The notes below the pieces were generated by a model. It was not told where the DNA came from. It made no database searches and saw only the letters and a list, made by a program, of their open reading frames with translations. This document shows positions 36,301-47,217 of a DNA stretch of 64,000 nt, one piece after another; position 1 is the stretch's first letter; each line of letters starts with the position of its first letter. This DNA comes from a virus. Location: the IMG/VR virus record IMGVR_UViG_3300012924_000001, positions 1-64,000 of that record. One strand, 5' to 3'. The translations under genes were made by a program, and so were the position numbers.

Positions 36301-39191
36301 AGGATGACCTGGATGATCTCAAAGAAGAGGGAATTATACCGAAGGATGTTACTTTGGATGAGTATATGGGAATGTTAAGCAATGAAAAGCCGCCAAAGCT
36401 TTCTGAAGGTATAAGTAAAAAGGAAGAGATTTTAAAGCAAGAATTAAAAAAGAAACTTGGTTATTTAAAGAATCGGCTACCTGAGTTTTATGGATATGAA
36501 AGAGATCTTGCTACACAGTTAGCAGATGTAGATCCTTCATATCTGAAAGGGCCTGATTTGATCAAGCTGAATAATGTATTAAACAATATTGCAGAATTCG
36601 GTTCCTTGGATTCAGCCGGAGATATTGTCACTTCATATGAAGCACAAAAAGCAAATGAATCGCTGATAGCTGGAGGAGAGAAGATACGGGAACTGGCGCA
36701 TGAAGATGTTATCAGTAAGAAGAATCTTTCCAATATCATGGCGGGATTGTTTTATAACGATAATGCTGTTGCCGCTTTCAGATCTAAAACGATAGGTCCA
36801 ATTGAAAGAAAGCTTTCTCCTGTGTTTAGAAAAACTCAAAATGTTGTAAAGGCATTTGTCAATCTTAACAAAAAACATAAAATAGGAGCGGCAGCCAATG
36901 CGCGGCTCCATGCATATGCTTATCTTAATCAATACAAAGGCATAGAAAGCGGTGAGGTTTCAGATAACCTGTCTCAGCGCCTGGATGATTTAGTGGATGA
37001 TGCAAAATATTTTATTGAGGAAGCCAATAGGATTCGGCCAGCTGTACGTAAGAAGTACCTGGAAAATGCTACAGACCGGCTGGACGCATTGAAGGACTTT
37101 GGATTAATTGATTATGGGATATCAAAATCACAAGTTGAAGATGAAGGGAAGACAATTAGGGGTAAGCCACGTAAGAAAACTAAATTTGACTTATGGGTCA
37201 AGGTCAACGATAATTTTGATAGTCAAGATCCTACAAAATCGCTTGAGACTGCTTGGGATAAAATGAGTGCGGGAGAAAAAGAGGTTTATGATTTTGCTCG
37301 TAATGCTTACGACGAATTGACCGATAAGGTTGAGTTTGTTACCCGCGCTTATGCGGGTAAAGACTTCCAGAGAGAACGAAACTATATTTCCCTGGTAGCC
37401 AGAAAAAAAACTGGAGAAAATTTTGCCGACACAGAATTATCAGATCAAACGGATCTAACATATGATTTGCGTTCTATAAACAGCAAGCCAGCGGGAATGA
37501 CAATGCGGAGGGTGGCTAAGAAGCCTGAGAACATCTATTATGACGGTGACTTCTTTTCAAATTTTGTTAATCGGTATTATCAATCGCTATATACTGCTGA
37601 GGTGTTGCCGGGATTGCAGGTCGTGGCCAAGACTGTTAATAATCCTGATTTTAAGCGCTATATAACGGGGCAGCTGGACATAGGGTTTAACAAAGAAAAG
37701 GGAGCACCTAATTATGATAAGTTTAAGAACAAACTTATCCAGGCTGTTAACCAGGGCAAGTATGCTCCTTTCTTTAAACCCAATCCCAAAAGTGCGCTTG
37801 ATAATGCAGCCACTCAACTGATGAGTGCGGGAGTAAAGATGGCCCTTCATAATATATGGCAAGGACCGGCACAGTTGGCACCCGCGCTACTTCATACTGT
37901 TGCTATCTCTAACGCGAAAGCAACCGCTCTTGCATTAGGTACGGGCTTTAGAGCTTTGGTGGATGGGCAATACGCGAAAAATCGAGCAAAATTTCTGGAG
38001 AACTTCACAGCAGTAAAAAGGAGCGCTTTAGGATCGGATGCATTTAATTCATATGTTAAAAGACTAGGAGATGAACCAGGATGGTGGACAGATACCAAAG
38101 GATATGCAAATAAAATGCAAAAGATATCTGCTTTTTCTTTAGAGAAGGGAGATCAGGCAGCACAGAATACAGCCTTGATAAGTGGTTATATTACATCTCT
38201 CCTTCGCCAAGGCAAGATAAAGGCTGTTAGTGAGTTCGATTTTGCTAAGGAGGCTAAGAATCCTAACAACGAAGCATTAGCATTTGCCGAGCAAACGGCA
38301 TCTGCTGTAAATAATGAGTCTGCCAGAGAGTATAAACCTGATGTGCTCAAGGATTCTGAGAAGGCTAAATATTTATGGATGTTGCAGGGATTCTCTTTGA
38401 ATGCCTATCAAAATGCCATGAACAAGGCTAAAATTATGTTCGACAATAGGCGAACCACTCAGGAGAGAAATGAAGCACGTTTGCATTTTGCAGGATATTT
38501 AGGAGAGATGGCGGCCTATCAATTTGTCAAACATGCTTCTCGTGGTTTTCAATTAGCGCTTGCTGGTGCGCTTGTTTCTGCGTTGTTCGGTATAAAGCAT
38601 GAAGAGGATGAAGAAGAAAAGAGGAAAAGGAAAGAAAAGGAGGCTATCCGCACTGCTACAAATATCTTAGCAGATATTACATTATCAAATACAAATGCGC
38701 TTGTCCAAGGTGGCGCAAAAAATTTGATTAATCAGGGCTATAAAGAATGGGCTAAAGCAAAGGTACGAGAGAAGAAGAAAGCGGCGAAAGAAATGGGTAA
38801 GAAGTTTGATCCACGTGGAACTTATCTCAGTCCTTATTTTGCTCCCTATTATGGAGTTGAAGGAGCAGGAGGTGGGGTAGAGTTCTACACTTCAGCCGGG
38901 GAGAAGGCCGTTAAATTAATGTCCAGTGTAATGGGATGGTCTGATGATCCGGATGCACAAAAGAAAAAGTCTGAAGAAAAGAAAAGAATTGAGGATATAA
39001 GTAAAAAGACAAACGTTACATTGAACGCAGCGGCAATGCTTCTGCGCTCTAGTGATTTGATAATTCTCAATAACAGGATACAGCAGCAATTGCAAGCAGC
39101 AGGCAAGAAGAAAGCCCCTACGGGCGCAGCGACTACTAGAGGAGCCTCAAGGAGCAGAAGAGCGAAACGAAGAAATACAAATAAGAGATAA
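33342..39191 (+). CDS. large internal virion/ejection protein (1949 aa)
   Basis: Size and position; E.LKENMQEFAQ motif and hydrophobic G/A-rich helices; no RNAP motif seen. Confidence 0.7.
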   Translation: MPDKKYIQKVYDFMNTAYGEKGAVTKGVFRGSFNDFYDRINTDSKYADKIYGALSKAYGPMGSLKRDAFSSDITGFRERVLAPSGTQPTTRDIPTGLPEENPVQAVLQTGKDLSIPEQQRPGYFQDIKAFEPDIQATELVKQAQSEQASRNAEKYLLQDQSVVPINMAGQLNGEQTRTLIDKNLNDPNVQYRNNIKQVLEKVDEEDKNRLANQQVADEMYKTPQGKFYYDFVRPVYKEALNVGKNTAAFGARAVGADKVADKIIDYFDFDRLAREGNPTAALNMEPSKQQGKLGMNNILPRTMEGLTNMAALMGGSSLLGGGNAALMATSFVSQYEDYRKTAKQNGLSDADADKFATVSAGLNSALELVSPNKVITKELPQALTKKEIFNYIKNGASAKDAIKKFIVRSGDEVLKENMQEFAQNMGDKTAKYAFDKYVLDDPRFGEETILPSLQESLETAVITTLVTGLMSSPHLVARNKPSSLERSAWAAAAQNPGIIEGGLKNAVAQGQLTEAKADQIKQNVGEYTEIYDALSAKGYNPEMVERVAMNAFRAKKLDEHNKPLSGIEILTPITAQDDATKIDLEKGVLSAIAGESETDYDTEPESKKVTVQQPEEVSHPQVIAVGQKITEPSQPEQNAIQEQTARKSVLREERPELGLQEVGEGNAESQIPPTESETEQPKVQEEVKVKSGTKESRDQAVANLKNKFDPYKHVGIISDPKQNLKRDKEFYSALANYIKEEILYRANQVKGFANEKKAKIKRMITSSLKEEGMTIQDLSMLNDAFDDAFSQIKKIPGVLPEQPNDRISFKDYVRDRIKVREAGFKEGSKGPTGRIKAVRAVIGDMLKGKQINLNITQLRSITSLLQKAVGTKDKIENTERTVKTITNILWQARNKQKISRTKGLMRSLGKLKRSKSMVAQDIDWIKGLQLPSPSKVDDLDSYMDMLKDFIDSRKGNELNQKYTKEEISEFVDQENDRIYTERKESMQDDLDDLKEEGIIPKDVTLDEYMGMLSNEKPPKLSEGISKKEEILKQELKKKLGYLKNRLPEFYGYERDLATQLADVDPSYLKGPDLIKLNNVLNNIAEFGSLDSAGDIVTSYEAQKANESLIAGGEKIRELAHEDVISKKNLSNIMAGLFYNDNAVAAFRSKTIGPIERKLSPVFRKTQNVVKAFVNLNKKHKIGAAANARLHAYAYLNQYKGIESGEVSDNLSQRLDDLVDDAKYFIEEANRIRPAVRKKYLENATDRLDALKDFGLIDYGISKSQVEDEGKTIRGKPRKKTKFDLWVKVNDNFDSQDPTKSLETAWDKMSAGEKEVYDFARNAYDELTDKVEFVTRAYAGKDFQRERNYISLVARKKTGENFADTELSDQTDLTYDLRSINSKPAGMTMRRVAKKPENIYYDGDFFSNFVNRYYQSLYTAEVLPGLQVVAKTVNNPDFKRYITGQLDIGFNKEKGAPNYDKFKNKLIQAVNQGKYAPFFKPNPKSALDNAATQLMSAGVKMALHNIWQGPAQLAPALLHTVAISNAKATALALGTGFRALVDGQYAKNRAKFLENFTAVKRSALGSDAFNSYVKRLGDEPGWWTDTKGYANKMQKISAFSLEKGDQAAQNTALISGYITSLLRQGKIKAVSEFDFAKEAKNPNNEALAFAEQTASAVNNESAREYKPDVLKDSEKAKYLWMLQGFSLNAYQNAMNKAKIMFDNRRTTQERNEARLHFAGYLGEMAAYQFVKHASRGFQLALAGALVSALFGIKHEEDEEEKRKRKEKEAIRTATNILADITLSNTNALVQGGAKNLINQGYKEWAKAKVREKKKAAKEMGKKFDPRGTYLSPYFAPYYGVEGAGGGVEFYTSAGEKAVKLMSSVMGWSDDPDAQKKKSEEKKRIEDISKKTNVTLNAAAMLLRSSDLIILNNRIQQQLQAAGKKKAPTGAATTRGASRSRRAKRRNTNKR
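35254..35403 (+). CDS. nested out-of-frame small basic protein (49 aa, MPFKSKQQEKACYAKKDPNWDCKKWAKETP...)
   Basis: Resembles, from memory, MPFKSxAQ..W..ETP..LP phage proteins; A-rich start context; host frame is a low-complexity linker here. Confidence 0.65.
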   Translation: MPFKSKQQEKACYAKKDPNWDCKKWAKETPSPKSLPQKVKQSSPKSKKK

Positions 39192-39240
39192 AACTATAGG
39201 CATTTTTTAGTACATTTGTTTCAACAAATATTCCCTCAAA

Positions 39241-39810
39241 ATGGCTGAAGCCTGGAAAGACATAGAAGGCTATGAAGGTCTATATCAGATTAGCTCCAAT
39301 GGAAGATTAAAAGCTCTTTCTAAACAAGTATTCCCCTCTACGCATCCTTGGAGAATAAGAAGTTATCCCGAAAGGATAGTTGATCTGCTGCAAAACGAGT
39401 GCGGATATAATTTTTACTATTTAAGTAAAGGTGGAACCAGTAGTAAGCGGACTATTCACCGTTTAGTTGCTAAAGCTTTTATGGCAAATCCTCTAAATAA
39501 ACCTCACGTAAACCATAAAAACGGGAATAAGATCGATAATAATATTTCTAATCTTGAATGGGCGACTCCAAAAGAAAATATGGTTCATGCAAGACGTAAT
39601 GGATTGATAAAATGTGGCGAAAATGCAGCAAATGCAAAACTGACAAATAAACAAGCTGAAGACATTAGAAATAGTGTTGAAGGGCCGCTTGCATTATCAA
39701 AAAAATATAATGTGACTCAGACTATTATAATAAATATCAGACAAAACAAAACATATATGCCGAATATATATTTTGGAGAATTGCCGGCTATTATGAGTTC
39801 AAGATATTAA
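39241..39810 (+). CDS. NUMOD4-HNH homing endonuclease
   Basis: WKDIEGYEGLYQISSNGR; VNHKNGNKIDNNISNLEW intact. Confidence 0.9.
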   Translation: MAEAWKDIEGYEGLYQISSNGRLKALSKQVFPSTHPWRIRSYPERIVDLLQNECGYNFYYLSKGGTSSKRTIHRLVAKAFMANPLNKPHVNHKNGNKIDNNISNLEWATPKENMVHARRNGLIKCGENAANAKLTNKQAEDIRNSVEGPLALSKKYNVTQTIIINIRQNKTYMPNIYFGELPAIMSSRY

Positions 39811-39823
39811 AACAGATATTATT

Positions 39824-40330
39824 ATGGCATTTTTAGTCAGTTTTTCTGTTTCACAAAGCGCTGACGGTTCTGTAATCACACTGACCGATTTGAGTAACTA
39901 CGGTGATGGGTCTGCCTTTCATAAGGTTGATTTTACTTCCCGTACATTATATATAACACGTGGCGATACGCTTATAGAAGAAACTGTGCCCTTCCCGTAT
40001 ACAAACACAGTTGACAGTACGCAAGATGTATATACTTGGACCATTGATCAGGATTATGTTTACTCTATAAGAATGGTACTGGTGGATAATACAGCGGTTA
40101 CCTATACTTTTATTGCGCAGGCGATTACCACTGAATTTACATTGAAAAAACTCCGACAGATACTTTCCGAATTCTCTACCTGTGGATGTGATTCTGAATG
40201 CCGTATTGCGCAACAGATCCAGTGTGGGATAGATGCTGCAACGGCTAGAACCTGTGCCGGAGATATTGCCGAAGCGCAGCAAATACTTTTCTATATAAAT
40301 GAGTTAGCGGATAACCATATCAATTGTTAG
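39824..40330 (+). CDS. putative tail hub/structural protein
   Basis: Beta-rich N-terminus, Cys-rich helical C-terminus; position. Confidence 0.55.
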   Translation: MAFLVSFSVSQSADGSVITLTDLSNYGDGSAFHKVDFTSRTLYITRGDTLIEETVPFPYTNTVDSTQDVYTWTIDQDYVYSIRMVLVDNTAVTYTFIAQAITTEFTLKKLRQILSEFSTCGCDSECRIAQQIQCGIDAATARTCAGDIAEAQQILFYINELADNHINC

Positions 40331-40333
40331 AGA

Positions 40334-41164
40334 ATGCCTTATATAGATGCAACAAAAGCAAAACAAATAGTAGCAATTGCCAAGGACTATATTGGCACTA
40401 CCTACTATTCGTATGTTGCCAAGGCTGCAAATGGGTGTGGAAAAGGAGATTGGAATTCCCTTCTTTGCTTTTATGAACTATACCGGGTAGCGGGACACAA
40501 TGTTGACGATCTGATAGATGAGGAATCCTATCAAAATATAATTTTAAAACTACTTTCTAAGGTAGCGCTTACTCCAAATTACTCTCTTGCGACTTGCAAT
40601 AACAGTGTGATAGTGACAAGCGGAGGATGTGGTTGTCAGGGGGGATCTAGTACGACTGGCCCGGTATCAGGGTGTACAGATAGTATTCTTCCTTTCCACA
40701 TGAATTTTGGAGAGGTTTCGTTTAGCAATCCCCAGCTGATAGGAGTGGATATCTTGATAGCGATCCGGGAAGGAATGGTAATGAGAGCGAACCCGGCTGC
40801 GATTGATGGTTTTTTATTCGATAATGTAACAGGAACGTTTATTCCAAACGCACCTGTCTCAGATGGAGGAGAGGATTTTATCATCCTTTATAAGGATTGC
40901 AATACTGGTGGTGTTCCGGTCCCTCCTATAGGACTCGTTACGGGTACTTCTATTTTTTCTGGAGATGGGGTTACTACGCAGTTTCTCATAGTTCATGGAA
41001 GCAGCAGTCCAACACCGCCAGATTTTTATATTGTAGGTGCAGGATCTGTAGGAGCATTGGGTTGGACTACCTTATCTATTGACATAACAAATATAATTGT
41101 GAACTATGATGTTGCGCCTCCTGCTGGATCTGGCAACATCATTTTAACCTGGGCAGCTAGATAA
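40334..41164 (+). CDS. putative tail hub/fibre-attachment protein
   Basis: Cys-rich; FSGDGVTTQF motif; position. Confidence 0.55.
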   Translation: MPYIDATKAKQIVAIAKDYIGTTYYSYVAKAANGCGKGDWNSLLCFYELYRVAGHNVDDLIDEESYQNIILKLLSKVALTPNYSLATCNNSVIVTSGGCGCQGGSSTTGPVSGCTDSILPFHMNFGEVSFSNPQLIGVDILIAIREGMVMRANPAAIDGFLFDNVTGTFIPNAPVSDGGEDFIILYKDCNTGGVPVPPIGLVTGTSIFSGDGVTTQFLIVHGSSSPTPPDFYIVGAGSVGALGWTTLSIDITNIIVNYDVAPPAGSGNIILTWAAR

Positions 41165-41394
41165 TGGCATACAGTGGAGCGACACGAACGTTTGATACGA
41201 TAACCGATTTGCGGTTGCAGAAAGGTACTCCAAATGTAAGAGTAAATATACTTGGAGGAACAACCATATCGGATGGCTTGGGTGGAGATTTTTATTGGAA
41301 TAATGTTTCAACGGCTGCTGATGATAATCAAAGTGTAATTCAAGTAACGGGAGTCGTCACAGGACGGTGGATACGTGTTGGTGTTTCTCCCTAA
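41164..41394 (+). CDS. stand-alone tailspike N-terminal-type module
   Basis: [22 protein letters not shown]. Confidence 0.6.
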   Translation: MAYSGATRTFDTITDLRLQKGTPNVRVNILGGTTISDGLGGDFYWNNVSTAADDNQSVIQVTGVVTGRWIRVGVSP

Positions 41395-41408
41395 GATTTT
41401 CCCTCAAA

Positions 41409-44400
41409 ATGATCAGATATTTAACCATATCCCTTTTACTGCTTCTTACATTATCTGTAAGGTCTCAGACTGCTGTGCCAATAGTACAAGGTGGCAAGTA
41501 TTATGAGTTTAGAAATGCAGCTCGCTTTGATTCGGCTTTTTTCTTGCCACGTCGAGATACCGGAAACAATGATCCTACCTTACTGGCTCCTGGTGAGATA
41601 ATCTACCGGGTTGCGGATGATAAGCTCTATTACCGGAAGGGAACAGCTATGACTCCCCTGGCGGAGGCCACTGGAAATGTAGTCGATAGAGTATTTACGG
41701 TAGCGCAACTAATGGCATATGCTGGAACGGCTACGGCTGTCTTTGTGGTTGATAGCTTCAGAGGGGGATATTTTAATTATGTACCGGCAGGCCCTTCTGC
41801 TCCAGCTGTAGACAGTGGGATCGTATTTCCGGCAACAGGTAAGGGAGGTGGTGTATGGCAACGTCCGTGGGACCGGATGACGGTGAACGCAAACTGGTAC
41901 GGCGTACTGCCTGATGGCAATGATTACAGTTATAGACTACAAAGGATCATTGATAAATTCTCTTTCCCAACGCTGTCAGATACCGTAGGAATTGCCATCT
42001 TATTGCCAAAAGGAATATATCGCTTTAAAGATGTTTTAATAAAAAGAGGAATAAAGCTCTATTCAGAACAAAGGAGCAAGAATAACGTAAACGCATACGT
42101 CCCCAGTAAAATATATCCTGCACCTGGAGCGATATACGTTTTTGATTTTGTAGATACCTGTTTGAATGCGGAACTGTCACATCTCTATATAGATGGAGAT
42201 TATACTAATAATCCAAATCTTCAAGCTGCGATTAGGTTGAGGGGATATTCCAATGTCCTCAATGATCTGAATGTCATTAATTGTCCAAATCATGCATTAT
42301 ACGGAGTGCTGGGCCTCAACGGTAGGGTAGAGCATAGTAATTTCCAGGGGATGTTCGCTCCGAATATTCCCTTTACCGGGTTCAATGACTTCCATGGCGC
42401 AGTTCATTTTACTGCTATGGGAGATGCTACTTTACACGATAATGAGATTGGGGCAGCGGCTCCTTATCTTATAGGTCAAGTACCAAATCCTATTGACATT
42501 ATTCGTGATCCGGTTAACTACAGGATCGTTTCTTTCTGTGGTGATATTGTAGTTAATAGTTGGATTACAAACAACTTTTTTGAAAATGGAGATCAGGGAT
42601 GTGTAATAAAAGCTGGAGTCCATAATAATTTTGGCAAGAACAGATATGAAATGAATGCCTTCAGGGGTTTGCTCTTGAAGGGTATGCAATCAAGTTTATT
42701 TACAGATGAAGAATTTGCAAATAATTCTTTGGCCATAAATGGTGGTGGAGAAGATGTTCGCCTAGATACCGGCGCAGTTGCTTTTTGCGATTTCAAGAGT
42801 CCCACATTTTTAAAGCTAGTAAGTCCGATCATTCCTTCCAGTACGTTTAAAGTAAAATATAATATCGTAAACTATTCCGGGACAGGAGGGAATTCTTTAT
42901 ATGAGCCTACCTTTTCTGATACTTCATTACTTGCCCGTTATGATAGTTTAGGTCATTTCGATACTACTTCTCAATCTGTAAAATTCCGGCAAGTATCCGG
43001 CCAGCTAGACCCGGACAATCCGGCATTCAGTTCTATTGGTGTAGGCCGTACTGGTATTATTGATCCCTGGAAGACAAAACCTTACAAGGGAGGGATAGAT
43101 ATTGGTGCCGGGACCGATGCGGCCAATGGTAGCCGGGTGGGTATTATTAGGGCCTTTAAACCCAACGAGAGTGTTCCTTGGCAAATCGGGTTCGACAATG
43201 GCAACGATATGACGTTTGCCATCTTCAATCCTTTAGGGCGATACATATTTGGAGGAGGCGAAGCTGTCTTTGCAAAAAACGGTGCAAGTGGTATCTCGAT
43301 CCAAAGCAACGATGGTCTTGCGGATACTCATATTAATTTGTATTCGGACCCGGCTTTAACGTTTAATGCAGGATTGTCACTTGACCGGAATACAGGAGGG
43401 TTAAATATTATATCTTCAAACGGTATAACTTATACGAGTGCGGTAGCAAGCACTGCAACCTTTATTAATACTGGATTTACTGTTGCCAAAGTGAATGGTG
43501 TTCCTGTAAACCTGATTTCTAATAATCTGGGCTTTACGGATGTCGCTTTTTCTTCTGATCCTATTCCCACCAGATCTGCAAGGATAAGGTTTGATAATAC
43601 AAATGGTGATTTCTCATTAACGGGAAGCGGTAATATATACATTGGAGCGAACAATAATTGGCGATTTAATTTTGATGGATCAAACGCTATTCCGGTGCCT
43701 CCTGCCCCCGCTCCTGCCGCAGCTGGTGATACGACGACATCATTTGTGCTGCGTACAAATAATGGTGGCTTGTTGAGAGTAAGGCCGAATGTATATTGGG
43801 ATAGCACACAAGTGAAGCATTATGCAGATAGTGTTAGCGCCGCAGCAGGGGCCGTCGATCTTCAGGCAGTTACAGATGTTGGTAATACTACCTCTAATCC
43901 GATAATTGTAAATAAAATAGGCGTAAATACTACACCTATTAACCATCTGGATGTGGACGGGTCCATAGGCTTTCCTCTGTTTATTTTTTCCACAGATAAT
44001 TTGCCATTTGGCAGCAGTGATTATGCATTAGGTATAAATAATACCGGGACGGGGACCGTCACTTTGCCAGATGCTACCTTATATCCGAATAGAATTTGTG
44101 AAGTAAAAAAGGTTAGTGCTACCGGCATTATTGTAAACATTGTTACGTTAGGAGGGCAGACTATTGATGGGGCAGCATCTAAAACGCTCACGGTTCAAAA
44201 TAGTTGGGGACGTTTTCAATCGGATGGGAGCAATTGGCATGTTATGGGTGAAACACTCCTTTCAAGTGTACCTACTTCCAGACTTATAAATACAACGTCT
44301 CCACTTGCCGGTGGCGGCGACTTATCTGCCGATAGAACGTTGTCGATAGCCAACGCAGCAGCAGACGGCACAACAAAGGGAGCCGCAAGCTTTACAGCGA

Positions 44401-45488
44401 ATGATTTTGATGCGACCGCTGGGAATATAGGTATAGATTATACGAATGGGCAAACGGCTGGAACAGCCACAAAAGGATTCCTTTCTGCAACAGATTGGAA
44501 TACTTTTAACAATAAGATCGGTACATTAAATACGCTGACTGGTGCTTCACAAACATTTGCTACTGGAACTGCCGGTACAGATTTCGCAATAAGCTCTGTT
44601 GGAACCACACATACTTTCAATCTACCGGACGCTTCTGGCACTGCTCGTGGATTGATGACTACAGGTGCTCAAACTTTTGCCGGTACGAAGACTTTTGCTA
44701 CTGCGAATGCCACCACTTTTGGAGCAACGACTTCTTTAACGTGTTCCTCTAACAGTGCAAATATTTTTATTCCTCTTTCTTCTTCAGCTCAATCAGTAAG
44801 TGCCACTGATAAATATAATAGTTGGGGTGGTTCGTCTGTTGCCTTTTTACGTGTGGGTTTTGCGGGGGCGACATCAACAACTTTAACGGCTAATGCAAGT
44901 TATGCCAATGTGATTGTCGGAAAAACTGATATCACGACAGCAGCTACCGGCACTCATCCCTTTATGGCAAATTTCGTAGCGCTCAAGCCAACAAGAACAA
45001 GTGGTGGCGCTACTATAACTAACTTTGCAAATATCCTTACGCTCAGCGCTCCTACAGGAGGAACAAATAACTATACGCTATATGCTGATAGCGGAAACGT
45101 AGCGCTGTCACCAACTTCCGGAAATGTCGGCGTTGCAACAAATGCTCCAACTTCAAGGCTGCATGTGGGAGGATCATTTGCGCTACCCATTACGACAGTA
45201 ACGACAACCACTACGCTGGATGCCACGCACGGTACTGTCGTTGTTAATAATACTGGTGGCGCGGCAACGATAAATCTGCCAACAGCTGTTGGCATCTCAG
45301 GACGGATTTATGTAATCAAAAAGATATCAGGTGCAGCGTTGAATGTTACCATTGACGGAGCCGGTGCTGAACTCATAGATGGCGCGGCTACTAAAACGTT
45401 AACACTACAATACTCGTCAATGATTATACAAAGTGATAATGTGGGCTGGCAGATACTTGGCGCTTTTGGTACAGGGATAACGCTTTAA
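41409..45488 (+). CDS. tailspike/fibre with pectin-lyase-like beta-helix (putative depolymerase) and N-terminal signal peptide
   Basis: [24 protein letters not shown] beta-helix cap; duplicated LP..G/NR...KK...IDG...QSD..W domain; [20 protein letters not shown]. Confidence 0.8.
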   Translation: MIRYLTISLLLLLTLSVRSQTAVPIVQGGKYYEFRNAARFDSAFFLPRRDTGNNDPTLLAPGEIIYRVADDKLYYRKGTAMTPLAEATGNVVDRVFTVAQLMAYAGTATAVFVVDSFRGGYFNYVPAGPSAPAVDSGIVFPATGKGGGVWQRPWDRMTVNANWYGVLPDGNDYSYRLQRIIDKFSFPTLSDTVGIAILLPKGIYRFKDVLIKRGIKLYSEQRSKNNVNAYVPSKIYPAPGAIYVFDFVDTCLNAELSHLYIDGDYTNNPNLQAAIRLRGYSNVLNDLNVINCPNHALYGVLGLNGRVEHSNFQGMFAPNIPFTGFNDFHGAVHFTAMGDATLHDNEIGAAAPYLIGQVPNPIDIIRDPVNYRIVSFCGDIVVNSWITNNFFENGDQGCVIKAGVHNNFGKNRYEMNAFRGLLLKGMQSSLFTDEEFANNSLAINGGGEDVRLDTGAVAFCDFKSPTFLKLVSPIIPSSTFKVKYNIVNYSGTGGNSLYEPTFSDTSLLARYDSLGHFDTTSQSVKFRQVSGQLDPDNPAFSSIGVGRTGIIDPWKTKPYKGGIDIGAGTDAANGSRVGIIRAFKPNESVPWQIGFDNGNDMTFAIFNPLGRYIFGGGEAVFAKNGASGISIQSNDGLADTHINLYSDPALTFNAGLSLDRNTGGLNIISSNGITYTSAVASTATFINTGFTVAKVNGVPVNLISNNLGFTDVAFSSDPIPTRSARIRFDNTNGDFSLTGSGNIYIGANNNWRFNFDGSNAIPVPPAPAPAAAGDTTTSFVLRTNNGGLLRVRPNVYWDSTQVKHYADSVSAAAGAVDLQAVTDVGNTTSNPIIVNKIGVNTTPINHLDVDGSIGFPLFIFSTDNLPFGSSDYALGINNTGTGTVTLPDATLYPNRICEVKKVSATGIIVNIVTLGGQTIDGAASKTLTVQNSWGRFQSDGSNWHVMGETLLSSVPTSRLINTTSPLAGGGDLSADRTLSIANAAADGTTKGAASFTANDFDATAGNIGIDYTNGQTAGTATKGFLSATDWNTFNNKIGTLNTLTGASQTFATGTAGTDFAISSVGTTHTFNLPDASGTARGLMTTGAQTFAGTKTFATANATTFGATTSLTCSSNSANIFIPLSSSAQSVSATDKYNSWGGSSVAFLRVGFAGATSTTLTANASYANVIVGKTDITTAATGTHPFMANFVALKPTRTSGGATITNFANILTLSAPTGGTNNYTLYADSGNVALSPTSGNVGVATNAPTSRLHVGGSFALPITTVTTTTTLDATHGTVVVNNTGGAATINLPTAVGISGRIYVIKKISGAALNVTIDGAGAELIDGAATKTLTLQYSSMIIQSDNVGWQILGAFGTGITL

Positions 45489-45498
45489 AACTAATTAT

Positions 45499-45999
45499 AT
45501 GCTTACGGTTCCTTTTTGCTTAGACGTCCTTAGTGACCTTTTATTTTATGATTCTTTTCCAGATGGGTTCATAATTTTTATAACTAATAGCCAGAATAAA
45601 CCACCTGTTCCTTATAGATGGGATTTGACATCTACGGCTACAGTAGACGGTGTTAATGTTATAAAGCCCACTACCATTATTTCAGGTGATCCCGGAAGGT
45701 GGATCAATCAGATTGGTGGCAATACAAGGGTGGAAATTATTACCGGAACAACGGACGCCAATGGTAATATAACAACAACATGGGCGACTGCGTTTGCGGG
45801 TATTCCTCATCTGTCCCCTACTATTGAAGGAGGAGCGGCAAATCAAACCTTAACAGTGACTAGTAACACGGCCTCTGGATTTACTGTAAATGTAAAACAA
45901 AGGAACAGTGTTTCCTTGCTCGGAATAGATGTATTATTGTCCACCACTGTGAATGTGGCTGGAATATTCGTTAGGATAATGGCAACAGAAAAAATATAA
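45499..45999 (+). CDS. short fibre/adaptor protein
   Basis: YRWD.TSTATVDG..VI...GRW module plus beta-rich C-terminal domain. Confidence 0.6.
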   Translation: MLTVPFCLDVLSDLLFYDSFPDGFIIFITNSQNKPPVPYRWDLTSTATVDGVNVIKPTTIISGDPGRWINQIGGNTRVEIITGTTDANGNITTTWATAFAGIPHLSPTIEGGAANQTLTVTSNTASGFTVNVKQRNSVSLLGIDVLLSTTVNVAGIFVRIMATEKI

Positions 46000-46003
46000 T
46001 GTC

Positions 46004-46264
46004 ATGGCAGACAAAAAAACAATCATCAGTATTCTGCATCCTACGCCTGCATGGGCTAATTGGGCCTTTAGGATTGTTTTCCTATTAAATAAGGTAGTGA
46101 TTGGTATGGTTGCATCAGATCCAGGAATTGATGCAGAAACAAAAGTGCGTATAGGGTTGTATCTCTCAGGCCTGGATACCTTTGTATGGGGTATTAGTAG
46201 GATTTTTGGAGTGAAAGTACAAGATGAGGAAGCCCCTAAGCCAGAAAACACACAAATTAAATGA
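46004..46264 (+). CDS. holin-like small membrane protein
   Basis: TPAWA motif, two hydrophobic segments, charged tail; position after tail genes. Confidence 0.5.
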   Translation: MADKKTIISILHPTPAWANWAFRIVFLLNKVVIGMVASDPGIDAETKVRIGLYLSGLDTFVWGISRIFGVKVQDEEAPKPENTQIK

Positions 46265-47217
46265 GAATATTATTATTGTTATGTAGTCTTTTGCAGTTAA
46301 ATATTTGTTTTGCTCAGGGCTATGAGTTGATTAAGATTCCGACAGACTCTTATCATGGTGTCTATACTATGATAGCTACCCCTCCTGACTATAAGGATAG
46401 TGTTGATAAGACATATCCAACGATCATTTATTTTCATGGTGGTGGCGCTAAGGGGACAGACGGAACAAAGTTATTTATTGAAGCAATCCCGCAGCGCATA
46501 AAAAATGGTTGGCAACCCCAGGCCATTAGTCCCTTGACCGGAAAATTAGAATACTTTATTGTAATCGCAGCCCAGGATCAATGGGGCACCCCGTGGCCTT
46601 CTACGATGACTCCAGTAATGAAGTACCTCAAAGAGGTGAAACATCTCCGTATTGACACAAATAGGCTCTATACGACCGGCCTTAGCTTCGGCGGCTCCGG
46701 ATGTATGCTTTTTGCCGGATGGGACTCTATAGCGCCTAAAAAGGTGGCCGCTGTGCTTTCCTGTTCACCTACGGCAGATGTTAACCTGATCCAACCCAAC
46801 TTTAAATATATTGCAAAAGAGAATTTCCCTGTTTGGTTTTACTGTGGTAACCAGGATGGATCTGCTACAGAAAATGCTACACGTTATAGCAAGGAGTTAA
46901 ACCATTTGGCAGACAGCTTAGGAAATGGTCCAGAATCGTGGGTCCAGATGTATGCAGGTGGCCATTGTTGTTGGAATGATCTGTATAATTCAAAAGTAAA
47001 AACCAACTTCAATGGAGAGCAGATCGATATGTATCAGTGGTTTTTGACCAATAGTAAAAAAGTTCTTCCTCCCGATCCTACCCCTACCGACTATCAAATT
47101 TGTATTGGGAATGCGCAGGATATAAAGAAGGTGATCGTATTGCTAAAAAGTGGGAAGTACGTAGAATATGATAGTAGTGCGCTATCCATTCCTAAAATAC
47201 AGATTCAGCTAAAATGA
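46261..47217 (+). CDS. secreted alpha/beta-hydrolase (esterase)
   Basis: Signal peptide ending CFA-Q; YFHGGG, TGLSFGG nucleophile elbow, GNQD, GGH. Confidence 0.85.
   Translation: MRILLLLCSLLQLNICFAQGYELIKIPTDSYHGVYTMIATPPDYKDSVDKTYPTIIYFHGGGAKGTDGTKLFIEAIPQRIKNGWQPQAISPLTGKLEYFIVIAAQDQWGTPWPSTMTPVMKYLKEVKHLRIDTNRLYTTGLSFGGSGCMLFAGWDSIAPKKVAAVLSCSPTADVNLIQPNFKYIAKENFPVWFYCGNQDGSATENATRYSKELNHLADSLGNGPESWVQMYAGGHCCWNDLYNSKVKTNFNGEQIDMYQWFLTNSKKVLPPDPTPTDYQICIGNAQDIKKVIVLLKSGKYVEYDSSALSIPKIQIQLK

Noticed and set aside
33342-39191. Virion RNA polymerase
   Set aside because: No DxDGD/DFDID-type catalytic motif seen
14694-45488. Many antisense or alternative-frame ORFs within structural genes
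   Set aside because: No motifs or start context; only 35254-35403 retained
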